Shown piece by piece: positions 1 through 9,028 of a DNA stretch of 64,000 nucleotides. A model generated the notes under the pieces. That model searched no databases, was not told the DNA's origin, and saw only the letters and a list, made by a program, of their open reading frames with translations. The DNA comes from Atribacterota bacterium (lineage in GTDB: Bacteria > Atribacterota > Phoenicimicrobiia > Phoenicimicrobiales > Stramentimicrobiaceae), in contig JAXGNR010000006.1 in assembly GCA_040767965.1 (NCBI GenBank), positions 128,001 to 192,000 on the forward strand. Reading direction: 5' to 3'. The stretch's first letter is position 1. Each line of letters opens with the position of its first letter. Both the position numbers and the translations under genes were made by a program.

Positions 1-157
1 ACCCTCATAGTAAGGGGAAAAATTCATTCTGCTTTTTTATTTTTCAAATACCTGATATAAACAATCATCCTATATAATGCTCTGCTATATTACAAAAATA
101 ATATTGTGACAAATTAATGCATTAATATCATAATTATTGCAATACTGCACTATATTG

Positions 158-1108
158 TTAAATTTTATTTACTGGATACAATGGTTTACCATCTTTAAAT
201 GTTGAAATAATGTTTTCTGTAGCCGCTATTGACATATTACGGATACCTTCAACTGTATTGGCTCCAATGTGACTGGTTATAACTATATTATCCAATGAGA
301 GCAAGGGCTCATCTTTTTTTGGTGGCTCGTCTACCAGGACATCCAGAGCAGCACCGGCTATTTTTTTATCTTTTAAACATTGATAGAGATCTTTGCTGTT
401 TACTATTCCTCCGCGAGCAAGGTTAACCAGATAAGCAGTTGGCTTCATTAACGACAAAGTCCTTTTGTTTACCAGATTATCAGTCTGGGGAATCAAAGGA
501 ATGTGGAATGTTATAAAATCTGATTCTTTAAATAAAGTATCCAGGTCTACAAATTCAATATTATTTTCCCGGGCAAAATTTTCATCTTTATAAATATCAT
601 ATCCTAAAATACGCATCGAAAACCCCTTCGCTCTAAAAGCAACTTTTTTACCAATCGCCCCCAGACCCACTATTCCCAATGTTTTTTCCCATAATTGCCG
701 TCCTCTATATCTGACCCATTCTCCTTCTTTTAATAATTGGAATGTTTGTGGAATATAACGGGCAATTGAGAGCATCAGGCCAAAAGTTAAATCAGCAACT
801 GCATCTGCATTGGCACCAGGTGTATTGGTTACCCAGATTCCTTTTTCAGAAGCAGCTGTAAGATCGATTTTATCCACACCTACCCCAACTTTAGAAATTA
901 CCTTTAATGACTTGCTGGCTTCCATCACTTTTCTTGTCACTGGGTATTCGCCTACAATTACACCTTCTACATCGCCCATTTTATTGATCAATCTCTTTTC
1001 TGTATAAGGAGCATCTAATATTTCTACCTGAAAACCACTGTTATAAAATAAATCCATAACTTCTTTTCCTTGAGAAGCTACTGATACTGCTGCAATCAAT
1101 GCTTTCAT
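158..1108 (-). CDS. D-isomer-specific 2-hydroxyacid dehydrogenase (SerA/GyaR-like, no ACT domain)
   Basis: GVGVDKID, GIVGLGAIG Rossmann motif, NLARG, ALDV..DEP and TSHIG catalytic His. Confidence 0.9.
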   Translation of the reverse strand: MKALIAAVSVASQGKEVMDLFYNSGFQVEILDAPYTEKRLINKMGDVEGVIVGEYPVTRKVMEASKSLKVISKVGVGVDKIDLTAASEKGIWVTNTPGANADAVADLTFGLMLSIARYIPQTFQLLKEGEWVRYRGRQLWEKTLGIVGLGAIGKKVAFRAKGFSMRILGYDIYKDENFARENNIEFVDLDTLFKESDFITFHIPLIPQTDNLVNKRTLSLMKPTAYLVNLARGGIVNSKDLYQCLKDKKIAGAALDVLVDEPPKKDEPLLSLDNIVITSHIGANTVEGIRNMSIAATENIISTFKDGKPLYPVNKI

Positions 1109-1189
1109 ATTAAAATACCTCTCTTTTTGTATTTTATAAATTTATAAATATATTGTTGCTATATTTAATATCCTTTTACTACATTACTA

Positions 1190-2482
1190 CTATATTATTC
1201 CTGCTAACCTGGGTAAAAATAAAGCAAGTTCCGGTATGAATATTACCAATAATACAACTAAAATAAAGGCAAGAAAAAAAGGTAGCAGCTCTTTTACCAG
1301 ACCAACCATATCAGTATCAGCAATGGCTAAAGCTACAAACAAACCTGTACCAAAAGGAGGTGTTGCTAATCCTATCATACAGCACACAACCATTATTATT
1401 CCAAAATGAACTGGATGAACTCCTGCCATTCTAACGATAGGAAAAAAAATTGGAGACATTATTAATATTGCAGGGGTAGTAGGTAGAAACATTCCCCAGA
1501 AAAGTAAAAGTGCACTAATTAATATTAAAAGAATTTGAGGATTACTAGTCATACTTAAAAGCGGTGCAGCAATTTTTTGTGGAATACCTTCAATACTTAT
1601 TATCCAGCCAAAAATATTTGCTGTCCCTAATATAAAATATACTTTTCCAGTAGATAAAGCCACATTAAAAATAATTGGAATCAATTCTTTTAGAGGAGTT
1701 TTCTTAATTATAAAAACAATTATTAACGCATAAGCCCCGGCTACCGCTGCTGCTTCAGTAGGTGTAAAAAATCCAAATATTATTCCACCAACAACAATAA
1801 TTGGGATTAATAAAGATAGAAAAGATATTCTTATTGCGTTAAAAAGGACTGAAACATTTAATTTCACAACATTTCTAGGGTAATTTCTTTGTCTGGCACG
1901 TATAAATGTTACTACAGCACAAGCCAAACCCATAAGTAATCCAGGGAAGGCGCCAGCCAGAAAAACTCCACCTACAGATATACCGGCAACTCCTGCCACA
2001 AGCACAGCGGGAATACTGGGAGGTATAATTGGTCCCTGCAGAGAAGATCCTACGGTAACGGCAGTACTAAATTCAGTATCATAACCTTGCTTTTCCATGG
2101 CAGGAATTAACATAGAACCAAGGGCAGCAATGTCAGAAAGAGCTGAACCAGTCATACCTGCAAACAAAGTACTTACAAATATATTCACATAAGCCAATCC
2201 ACCACGAAAGCGGCCAACAAGTACATTTGCTAAATCAACCAGCTCATTTGTAACGTTTCCTTTATTCATAATTTCGCCCATAAACATAAAAAGCGGAATT
2301 GCTAACAAAATAAATTGGTCCATACCGGAAAAAAATCTCTCGGAAATAATTCTCAAAAAATTAACTTCTCCAGAAAGAAAAAAATAAACCAGGGAATTTA
2401 CACCTAAGGCTACGGCAACTGGCATTCCTAAAAATAATAAAATTGTAAATACAATAAGGGCAACAATAAAAGGGTCAAACAT
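1190..2482 (-). CDS. dctM: TRAP transporter large permease (DctM)
   Basis: LLAIPLF, GMTGSALSD, IIPPSIP, FTPTEAA and TPPFG motifs; 430 aa, polytopic. Confidence 0.95.
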   Translation of the reverse strand: MFDPFIVALIVFTILLFLGMPVAVALGVNSLVYFFLSGEVNFLRIISERFFSGMDQFILLAIPLFMFMGEIMNKGNVTNELVDLANVLVGRFRGGLAYVNIFVSTLFAGMTGSALSDIAALGSMLIPAMEKQGYDTEFSTAVTVGSSLQGPIIPPSIPAVLVAGVAGISVGGVFLAGAFPGLLMGLACAVVTFIRARQRNYPRNVVKLNVSVLFNAIRISFLSLLIPIIVVGGIIFGFFTPTEAAAVAGAYALIIVFIIKKTPLKELIPIIFNVALSTGKVYFILGTANIFGWIISIEGIPQKIAAPLLSMTSNPQILLILISALLLFWGMFLPTTPAILIMSPIFFPIVRMAGVHPVHFGIIMVVCCMIGLATPPFGTGLFVALAIADTDMVGLVKELLPFFLAFILVVLLVIFIPELALFLPRLAGII

Positions 2483-2542
2483 TTAATTCTCCTTTCTCGC
2501 TTCTTGTTCAACTTTTTCATAATAAAACAGTTAAAAATTTTA

Positions 2543-3100
2543 TTAATCAACCAATTTTTCAAGAGATATTTTGCTGTATTTATCCTCAATTATCCCACGA
2601 TAGTTCAACATAATCTTTTTAATCACTAAAATTAAAACCTGGATAGCCATTAAGAAACTCCCCAGGGGAACCGCAAAATAAACATATCCCCAGGCGATTT
2701 TCATTCCTGCTGTATAAGTTGTTAAATTCCTCATTACTGTTCGCATACCATAGTAAACAAGATAAGAAAGAAAAATAATTGTTAAAATGTATCTGATATA
2801 TTCCCAGATGTTGGCTATTTTAGGAGGCAGCATTCTCAATATGGTATCAACTTTTGGATGTTCGTCTCTACAAGCAATAATGGAGATAGTTAACATAGCC
2901 ATATAGATCATTAAAAATCTAGCCATTTCTTCAGCCCAGAAAGTACTTCGCAAGAAAGGTATGTTTCGCAAAAAAACTTGTACCACCAAAGCTCCAAAAG
3001 ATACTACAAAACAAATCCTGGCTAAAAATGATAATATATTATTTAAATTAGTATTTGTTTGCTCCAACCATAATTCAATCTTAAAAGGTTTTTTTTGCAT
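2543..3100 (-). CDS. dctQ: TRAP transporter small permease (DctQ)
   Basis: About 4 TM segments, WAEEMAR and HPKVD motifs; lies between dctP and dctM. Confidence 0.9.
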   Translation of the reverse strand: MQKKPFKIELWLEQTNTNLNNILSFLARICFVVSFGALVVQVFLRNIPFLRSTFWAEEMARFLMIYMAMLTISIIACRDEHPKVDTILRMLPPKIANIWEYIRYILTIIFLSYLVYYGMRTVMRNLTTYTAGMKIAWGYVYFAVPLGSFLMAIQVLILVIKKIMLNYRGIIEDKYSKISLEKLVD

Positions 3101-3123
3101 TTAACTTCCCCTTTTTAAATATC

Positions 3124-3175
3124 TTTATAACAACTGTGGTTTTGATTATAAAGTCAAAACCACAGTTGTTATAAA
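3124..3175 (-). terminator. Perfect 22-bp stem-loop between dctP and dctQ (partial terminator or mRNA stabiliser)
   Basis: TTTATAACAACTGTGGTTTTGA (3124-3145), 8-nt loop, TCAAAACCACAGTTGTTATAAA (3154-3175). Confidence 0.8.
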
Positions 3176-3185
3176 CTATTATTAT

Positions 3186-4259
3186 TTAATCTCCAAATTC
3201 CTGTGCATAGGTGTGTATTTCATTTTTTGCCTGTTCTATTAGGACAAGTATTTCATCTAACCAGTACTCATATTCTTCCCCAAGCTCTTCCTTCCTGAAT
3301 ATCTCCATTAATTCATCTGGTTTAGAAGCTTCTTTAAAAGCTGCCTTTTCTTCAGGAGAAAGATCAATGTATTGTAAATTCATACTTCCTCTATAATTAT
3401 AATTAGCCCATTCTGAGGCTCCTCTGCGAGCAATATCAACAATATCCATCATTTCTAAGAGATTCTGTCTATCAAGGTCAGATAAGCCTTGAAACCATTC
3501 TTCATTTGTAATGAATGATTCGTGGGACATAACATGTCCGGTGGTTGTACAGTAATCCTGAACTTCATCCAGATGGATATTTTTTATATTTTTGTAAGGA
3601 TTTTCCTGCCCGTCAGCAACACCAGTTTGTAATGAGGTATAAGTTTCAGACCAGGATATCGGAACCGGGTCAGCACCCATATTTGTCCATAATTTAATAT
3701 GTATTGGGGCAGGCATAGTTCTGATCTTTAAGCCTTTTAAATCTGCAACTGAGTGAACAGCTTTTTTAGCTGTAGTTAAATTCCTGAATCCGGTTGGATG
3801 CACAGCCAAAAGGCGAACCCCAGTTTTTTCTGCCATATCATCAGACATTTTGCGGATAAATTCACTTGTATGAATAGTACCCGTTACTGCATTTGCAGTA
3901 TATTCATCGGGGTAAAGCCAGGGTATTCCGAAAATTGTTAAAGGTGGATACTCAATGGATCCTATAGTGGTAGGTTCTGCTGAAGAATATATATGAACAA
4001 GTCCTTCTTTTACCTGTTCATAAACAGCTCTTTTATCACCCAACTGCATGTCCGGGAAAAGCTGAACATTCCAGTTTCCTTTTCCTTCAAGATAAGTCTT
4101 ACCTAAATTCATTATTATTGCTGTATCAGGAGCAATTAAAAAATCATTTGAGCCATCAGCTGCCCAACGTAATGTAATGTCTTTAGCAAAATTTATATTT
4201 ACAAAGCACATAATTAAAAAAATAGTAATTAAAAAAATTTTAAATCCTTTATAATTCAT
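3186..4259 (-). CDS. dctP: TRAP transporter substrate-binding protein (DctP)
   Basis: Signal peptide, GFRN, DLKGLKIRTM with the conserved Arg, YTSLQTGVADGQENP. Confidence 0.95.
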   Translation of the reverse strand: MNYKGFKIFLITIFLIMCFVNINFAKDITLRWAADGSNDFLIAPDTAIIMNLGKTYLEGKGNWNVQLFPDMQLGDKRAVYEQVKEGLVHIYSSAEPTTIGSIEYPPLTIFGIPWLYPDEYTANAVTGTIHTSEFIRKMSDDMAEKTGVRLLAVHPTGFRNLTTAKKAVHSVADLKGLKIRTMPAPIHIKLWTNMGADPVPISWSETYTSLQTGVADGQENPYKNIKNIHLDEVQDYCTTTGHVMSHESFITNEEWFQGLSDLDRQNLLEMMDIVDIARRGASEWANYNYRGSMNLQYIDLSPEEKAAFKEASKPDELMEIFRKEELGEEYEYWLDEILVLIEQAKNEIHTYAQEFGD

Positions 4260-4364
4260 TTTTATTTAGAACCCCCATATTTTTTACTATTTAATTTTTT
4301 AATTTCTTTTCCTGTTATTTGTTTGTAATTCTTATAAAAATCTAAAGAGAAAATATAAAATAAT

Positions 4365-4374
4365 TCACCTCCTT
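4365..4374 (-). promoter_or_regulatory. Orphan Shine-Dalgarno-like element AAGGAGGTGA (STAB-SD candidate) about 105 nt upstream of dctP
   Basis: 10-nt match to the anti-SD with no ATG/GTG/TTG at normal spacing; dctP has its own RBS near 4270-4277. Confidence 0.45.
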
Positions 4375-4454
4375 CTGTTTTAATATAGAAAATTATTAAC
4401 TTATGTAAATATGATAAGCTGTCAAATGATTTAGTTTGAAAATACCATTAATTT

Positions 4455-5360
4455 TTATTTAATTGAATTTAAAATGTTATCCACTTCTTTTTTAATTACC
4501 GGCTCTAGCTTTTCAACCTGTTGCTGGGCAGAACTTGACAATGGCTGTTTTGGTTTACCCATATCAATCCCACGGGCTTTCATTGCCAGTTTAAAACCAA
4601 TAGAAAATGGAACTTGTTTTAATACTCTTTGCAATTTGATTATGTCAAACTGAATTTTAAGTGCTCTTTGCAAATTCCCTTCTTTGTAAGATTTTACTAA
4701 TTCTGCTACAACTTCAGGTATATAGTTTGCATCTCCGGTCATACTTCCTTTACCGCCTGCTTGCAGAGCAGATAACACCATTGCTCCTTGTCCAGTAAAA
4801 AGGCTGAAATTTTCATTTTTTTCCTTGGCTATATCAAGAAAGTTCAAAAAGTCTACCATATTGCCGCCACTGTCCTTCATTCCGATAACATTTGGGTGAC
4901 CTGCTAATTCTTTCACTACTTCATAACCAATAGGATTAGTAAATTGGGGTATATTATATAAAACCAATGGGATATTTATATTGTCTGCAATAGTCTTATA
5001 ATGAGCAATAATTTCAGCTTGAGACATGGTAATATAATAAGGAGGGCAAACAACCACTGCCTCTCCACCAGTTTGCTCCACATAATTGGCAATAGCAATA
5101 CTTTCATCAGCAGAGCCAGCACAGGCTCCCGGGACAACAGGCACTCTGCCATTGGCTTGTTCAAAGACTATTTTAATAAGTTTTTTCTTCTCTTCAGAGG
5201 ACATCCTTATAAATTCACCCAGGCTGCTATTCGGGAAAAGGCCTTCTACTCCATTTTCAATTTGGAAATCGACTACTTTACGCATTTGCATTTCATCTAC
5301 TTTTCCTTCATCATCAAAAGCAGTAAGCATTGCAGGATAGATTCCTTCTAATTTAAACAT
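4455..5360 (-). CDS. DHDPS/N-acetylneuraminate lyase family class I aldolase
   Basis: GIYPAMLTAF, SSLGE (variant of GTTGE), LYNIP and the Schiff-base Lys in GMKDS. Confidence 0.9.
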   Translation of the reverse strand: MFKLEGIYPAMLTAFDDEGKVDEMQMRKVVDFQIENGVEGLFPNSSLGEFIRMSSEEKKKLIKIVFEQANGRVPVVPGACAGSADESIAIANYVEQTGGEAVVVCPPYYITMSQAEIIAHYKTIADNINIPLVLYNIPQFTNPIGYEVVKELAGHPNVIGMKDSGGNMVDFLNFLDIAKEKNENFSLFTGQGAMVLSALQAGGKGSMTGDANYIPEVVAELVKSYKEGNLQRALKIQFDIIKLQRVLKQVPFSIGFKLAMKARGIDMGKPKQPLSSSAQQQVEKLEPVIKKEVDNILNSIK

Positions 5361-5763
5361 AAAAAACCCCCTTAATTATAATATTTATTCTGCTTTTTAC
5401 TCTATATCAGATAAGCATATTTTGTCAATATGAATAATAACTCATATCTGTAGAGATAGTTTTCTTGTTAGACAAGGATAAACTTCAAATTTTTTGTACC
5501 TTTTAGTGTATCTTTCTTTTTAATTTAACGATAATTATAATAAAATTATTTTTAACTGCACTAATTACTTAAAAAGAATTAAATAAAATTTTCTGTTATA
5601 GATATTCTGATTTTTGTCATGTTTTATTTATCAGCAATACTTGTAATCAATAATTTTCTGCTATAAACTTAAATAAAATATAGTCTGAATTATTAGTACT
5701 TTTTAAAGTTTAATTACAATCTTTTCTTGCATCTTACAATTACAATTTTTTTAGGAGGAGAAC

Positions 5764-6513
5764 ATGGATATCAAAGGAAAGGTAGCAGTTGTAACTGGAG
5801 CCACTGGTGGATTAGGTTCCAGAATCTGCCTGGCTTTAGCAAAAGAGAAGGTAAATATTTGTCTTGTTTATGCAAAATCAAAAGAAAAAGCAGAGCATAA
5901 TTTGCAGGAAATAAAAAATTATGGAGTTAATGCTGCTGCTGTACAGGCGGATATTACAACTGAAGACGGGATTGAAAAAATGTTTGCTTTTGCAGATGAC
6001 ATTTTCGGAGGATTTGATATACTCATTTTAGATGCTGCTTATAATGAATCAATTCCTTTTCAGGATCTTGACACTCTCGATGCAGATAAGTGGCGATTTA
6101 TTTTAAATTACAACCTTACTTCTCCCTATTTAGCAGCAAGAAAAGCCGCACCCTACATGAGAAAAAGAGGAGGAGGCAGAATTGTTACCATATCCTCAGT
6201 AGCCGGCTTTAGACCCTCGGGTAGTTCTATGGCTTATTCCGTTTCCAAGGCTGGGTTAATACATTTGACTAAATGTTTGGCAGTAGCTTTGGCACCTGAT
6301 ATTCTTGTAAATGATATTGCCCCTGGTTTAATGGAAGGAACCAGAATGACTGATAATTTGACCAGAGAGCATGTAGCCAGATCATTAAACAGTGCAGTAC
6401 TTAAAAAAGCAGCTGACAAAGATGATGTGGCTGATGCAGTATTATTGTTTACCAAAACTGATAGCATCACAGGTCAAACTCTCCTTGTTGATGCAGGAAG
6501 TTTTTTTCACTGA
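5764..6513 (+). CDS. Short-chain dehydrogenase/reductase
   Basis: TGATGGLG, YSVSK catalytic motif, GQTLLVDAG; RBS AGGAGGAG. Confidence 0.92.
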   Translation: MDIKGKVAVVTGATGGLGSRICLALAKEKVNICLVYAKSKEKAEHNLQEIKNYGVNAAAVQADITTEDGIEKMFAFADDIFGGFDILILDAAYNESIPFQDLDTLDADKWRFILNYNLTSPYLAARKAAPYMRKRGGGRIVTISSVAGFRPSGSSMAYSVSKAGLIHLTKCLAVALAPDILVNDIAPGLMEGTRMTDNLTREHVARSLNSAVLKKAADKDDVADAVLLFTKTDSITGQTLLVDAGSFFH

Positions 6514-6542
6514 CTCATTAAAATTAAACTTAAACTTAGAAA

Positions 6543-6588
6543 TTAATAATAAAATCCGTGAATTCAAATTCACGGATTTTATTATTAA
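6543..6588. terminator. Bidirectional terminator hairpin between the convergent SDR and ThDP-enzyme genes
   Basis: TTAATAATAAAATCCGTGAATT / AATTCACGGATTTTATTATTAA inverted repeat. Confidence 0.85.
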
Positions 6589-6649
6589 ACAAATATCTTC
6601 AATATTTACCATATAAACAGAATAATAATATTTTTTTAAAAAATCAAAA

Positions 6650-8293
6650 TTACCATTTTAATGGAAATGATGAAAATTCTGTCTCTTCTCTGGTCATTAT
6701 TTCTAAGAAAGCAGCTTTGTTAGACTTTACTGAATCCTGTGCTTTTTTAAGTGCAGGGATAATACCTTCTGGTTCAGTAATCTTTTCTACATAACCAGCA
6801 CCTAATCCTTCAGCAACCCTGGCATAATTGCCGGTAAGCTTGTTCAATCCATAACGATCAGAGGATAATGGGAATTCCTTGTAATAACCACCTAGTTTAA
6901 AGTTATTCATTACTATTGTTATAATAGGGATGTTTTCTCGTACTGCTGTTTCAAAATCCATACCTACCATACCAAATGCTGCATCACCCATCAGGTTTAT
7001 CACTGTTTTGTCGGGACACGCTAATTTAGCTCCCATTGCCAATCCAAGCCCCTGTCCTAAAGTGGTAGATTTTCCCCATCCAATATAACTGCCTGGAGTA
7101 TCAGAATTATAAAAAGGAACCAGCTGTTCACGCGGGCTGCCGGAATCATGAGTAATAATAGTATTTTTTTCTTCAAATACTTGCATTATGTCCCAAATTA
7201 CGCGATAGGGATTTATAGGAGTCTCGGCTGAAGTTAATTTAGGCATCCACTTTTCCATCCACTCCTCTTTCACCGCTTTTATTTCATTTTTGACATTTCT
7301 GCTATTTTCAGTTTTATAATTATTATTTTTTATTTCTTCAATCAGTTGTCTTAATACTAATTTTGCATCACCAATTACAAAATTCTTTAAATCATAATCT
7401 TTATTGATATCACGTTCATCTATAGTTGATTGAATAATATCAACACCATCAGGTAATGGAGTGGTAAAAGGTTCATTTGTGCAGCTTGACCCAATGGCAA
7501 ATATTAAGTCAGTTTTTCTTAAAAAATGCATGACCATATCAGGTCTTGCTCTTCCACCTGCTCCCAAAGACAGAGGATGGCTTTCAGGAAAACAACTTTT
7601 TCCGTTCATAGTTGTATAAACCGGTATTTCCAGTAGTTCTGCTAATTCTACCAGTTCTTTCCATGCTCCGGCATAAAGTATGCCCGCTCCTGCACGGATT
7701 ACTGGATTATTAGCCTCAATTAAGGCTTTGACAATTTCTTTTATTTTTTCAGGATCACCCATTGTTTTAGCACTACTTACACTTTTATAGGTAAATTTAC
7801 TGTCATCAAATTCTTCCAGCGCTACATCTTGAGGCAAAACCAGCAAAACTGGACCTGGACGGCCATTTCTTAAATAGGTAAAAGCCCTTCTCATTAATTC
7901 GGGTCCTCTGTCTGCAAAGTTTATTTCATCTACCCATTTAGTTACTTCCCCAAAGTTTTTTACTGAATCAAATGCTGGGAATACTTTTTGTCGACGAGGG
8001 TAACCCTGGGGCAAAACCAATATAGGTACTGAATCAGCAAATGCATGTGCAATTCCTCCAAACCCATTTTCAATTCCTGGACCATTCTGTACTGATGCTA
8101 CTCCAATTTTTTTGCCAAAACTAGCTCTAGTAAAACCATCAGCTGCATTAATGGCAACTCTTTCAGTTCGAAATTTGATAAATCTGATTCCTTCTTCTGC
8201 AAGAGCTTCGTGAAGTAAATTTCTGGGAAATCCTGTTACAAATTCTACCCCTTCTTCCTTTAAGATTCTAGCTATAGCCGTTCTTCCTTGCAT
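6650..8293 (-). CDS. Thiamine-diphosphate-dependent enzyme (acetolactate synthase-like superfamily)
   Basis: RTERVA catalytic Glu, QNGPG, GDAAFGM...NN ThDP-binding motif; no small regulatory subunit adjacent. Confidence 0.9.
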   Translation of the reverse strand: MQGRTAIARILKEEGVEFVTGFPRNLLHEALAEEGIRFIKFRTERVAINAADGFTRASFGKKIGVASVQNGPGIENGFGGIAHAFADSVPILVLPQGYPRRQKVFPAFDSVKNFGEVTKWVDEINFADRGPELMRRAFTYLRNGRPGPVLLVLPQDVALEEFDDSKFTYKSVSSAKTMGDPEKIKEIVKALIEANNPVIRAGAGILYAGAWKELVELAELLEIPVYTTMNGKSCFPESHPLSLGAGGRARPDMVMHFLRKTDLIFAIGSSCTNEPFTTPLPDGVDIIQSTIDERDINKDYDLKNFVIGDAKLVLRQLIEEIKNNNYKTENSRNVKNEIKAVKEEWMEKWMPKLTSAETPINPYRVIWDIMQVFEEKNTIITHDSGSPREQLVPFYNSDTPGSYIGWGKSTTLGQGLGLAMGAKLACPDKTVINLMGDAAFGMVGMDFETAVRENIPIITIVMNNFKLGGYYKEFPLSSDRYGLNKLTGNYARVAEGLGAGYVEKITEPEGIIPALKKAQDSVKSNKAAFLEIMTREETEFSSFPLKW

Positions 8294-8630
8294 CTAAACA
8301 CCTCCAAATGTTTTTTAAATATAAAATATTTCTCTAATGGCTTCTACTCTTAATCGGCTTAATTTAATTAAAGATTTTAAAAGTGCAAATTACTTCCAGA
8401 TTCCAGATATTAAAATGACTCTTTGTTCATTATATTTCCAGATTAACAGAAAAAAAGTATATACAGATTTTCAATATTATTTTGAGAGTTTTTTTGATAG
8501 GTATTTATAAATATTGTTTATTTTATTATATATCAAATATATTAATATAGAATAAAATAATTGTAAAATATTTAAATAAAAATTTCTATTCACTTTTGAT
8601 GTTCAATATTGTTAATTTTATTAGTAAGCC

Positions 8631-8659
8631 TTGACAAATAGAGCTATTCCTTTTAATAT
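8631..8659 (+). promoter_or_regulatory. Sigma70-type promoter of the T-box leader
   Basis: TTGACA (8631-8636), 17-nt spacer, TAATAT (8654-8659). Confidence 0.7.
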
Positions 8660-8694
8660 TAAAATAATTTTAAAAAGATTATTCTATAGATAAA

Positions 8695-8966
8695 AAGTAA
8701 AAATAAAAGAGTAAGCATAAAATCATTTTTAGAGATAGGTATGTAAGGTGCAAATTACCTTGTCGGTTTTATGTTGAAAAGATGTTTTTGATTTTCATGT
8801 TATCAGGATTGTTTCCTTTATAAACAAATAATAAGTGGGATTATATTTAATTATTACAATTGAAACTAATATTCATACTAAATATAATTCAAACAGGGTG
8901 GTACCACGGGAATTATCTCGCCCCTCTTTATGATTTTGAACTAAAGAGGAAGCGAGATTTTTTTAT
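8695..8966 (+). ncRNA. T-box riboswitch leader (transcriptional; specifier probably AAG/Lys or AGA/Arg)
   Basis: AGTA (8710), AGAGA (8731), GGTGCAA (8747), stem GCATAAAATC/GGTTTTATGT, specifier loop GAAAAGA (8776-8782), T-box AGGGTGGTACCACG (8895-8908), terminator ATCTCGC..CCTCTTTA / TAAAGAGG..GCGAGAT plus T-run (8915-8965). Confidence 0.92.
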
Positions 8967-9028
8967 TTATACTGGAAACTTTATAAAATATAAAATAAAC
9001 CAGAATAATGAGGAGCACTTATTAATAA

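Noticed and set aside
158-1108. Calling this gene serA
   Set aside because: Lacks ASB/ACT domains and ends a TRAP operon; substrate unassigned.
4455-5360. Calling this gene dapA
   Set aside because: Atypical SSLGE motif and catabolic TRAP context; no lysine-pathway neighbours.
6650-8293. Calling this gene ilvB
   Set aside because: No ilvN/C/D nearby and the sequence diverges from biosynthetic AHAS.
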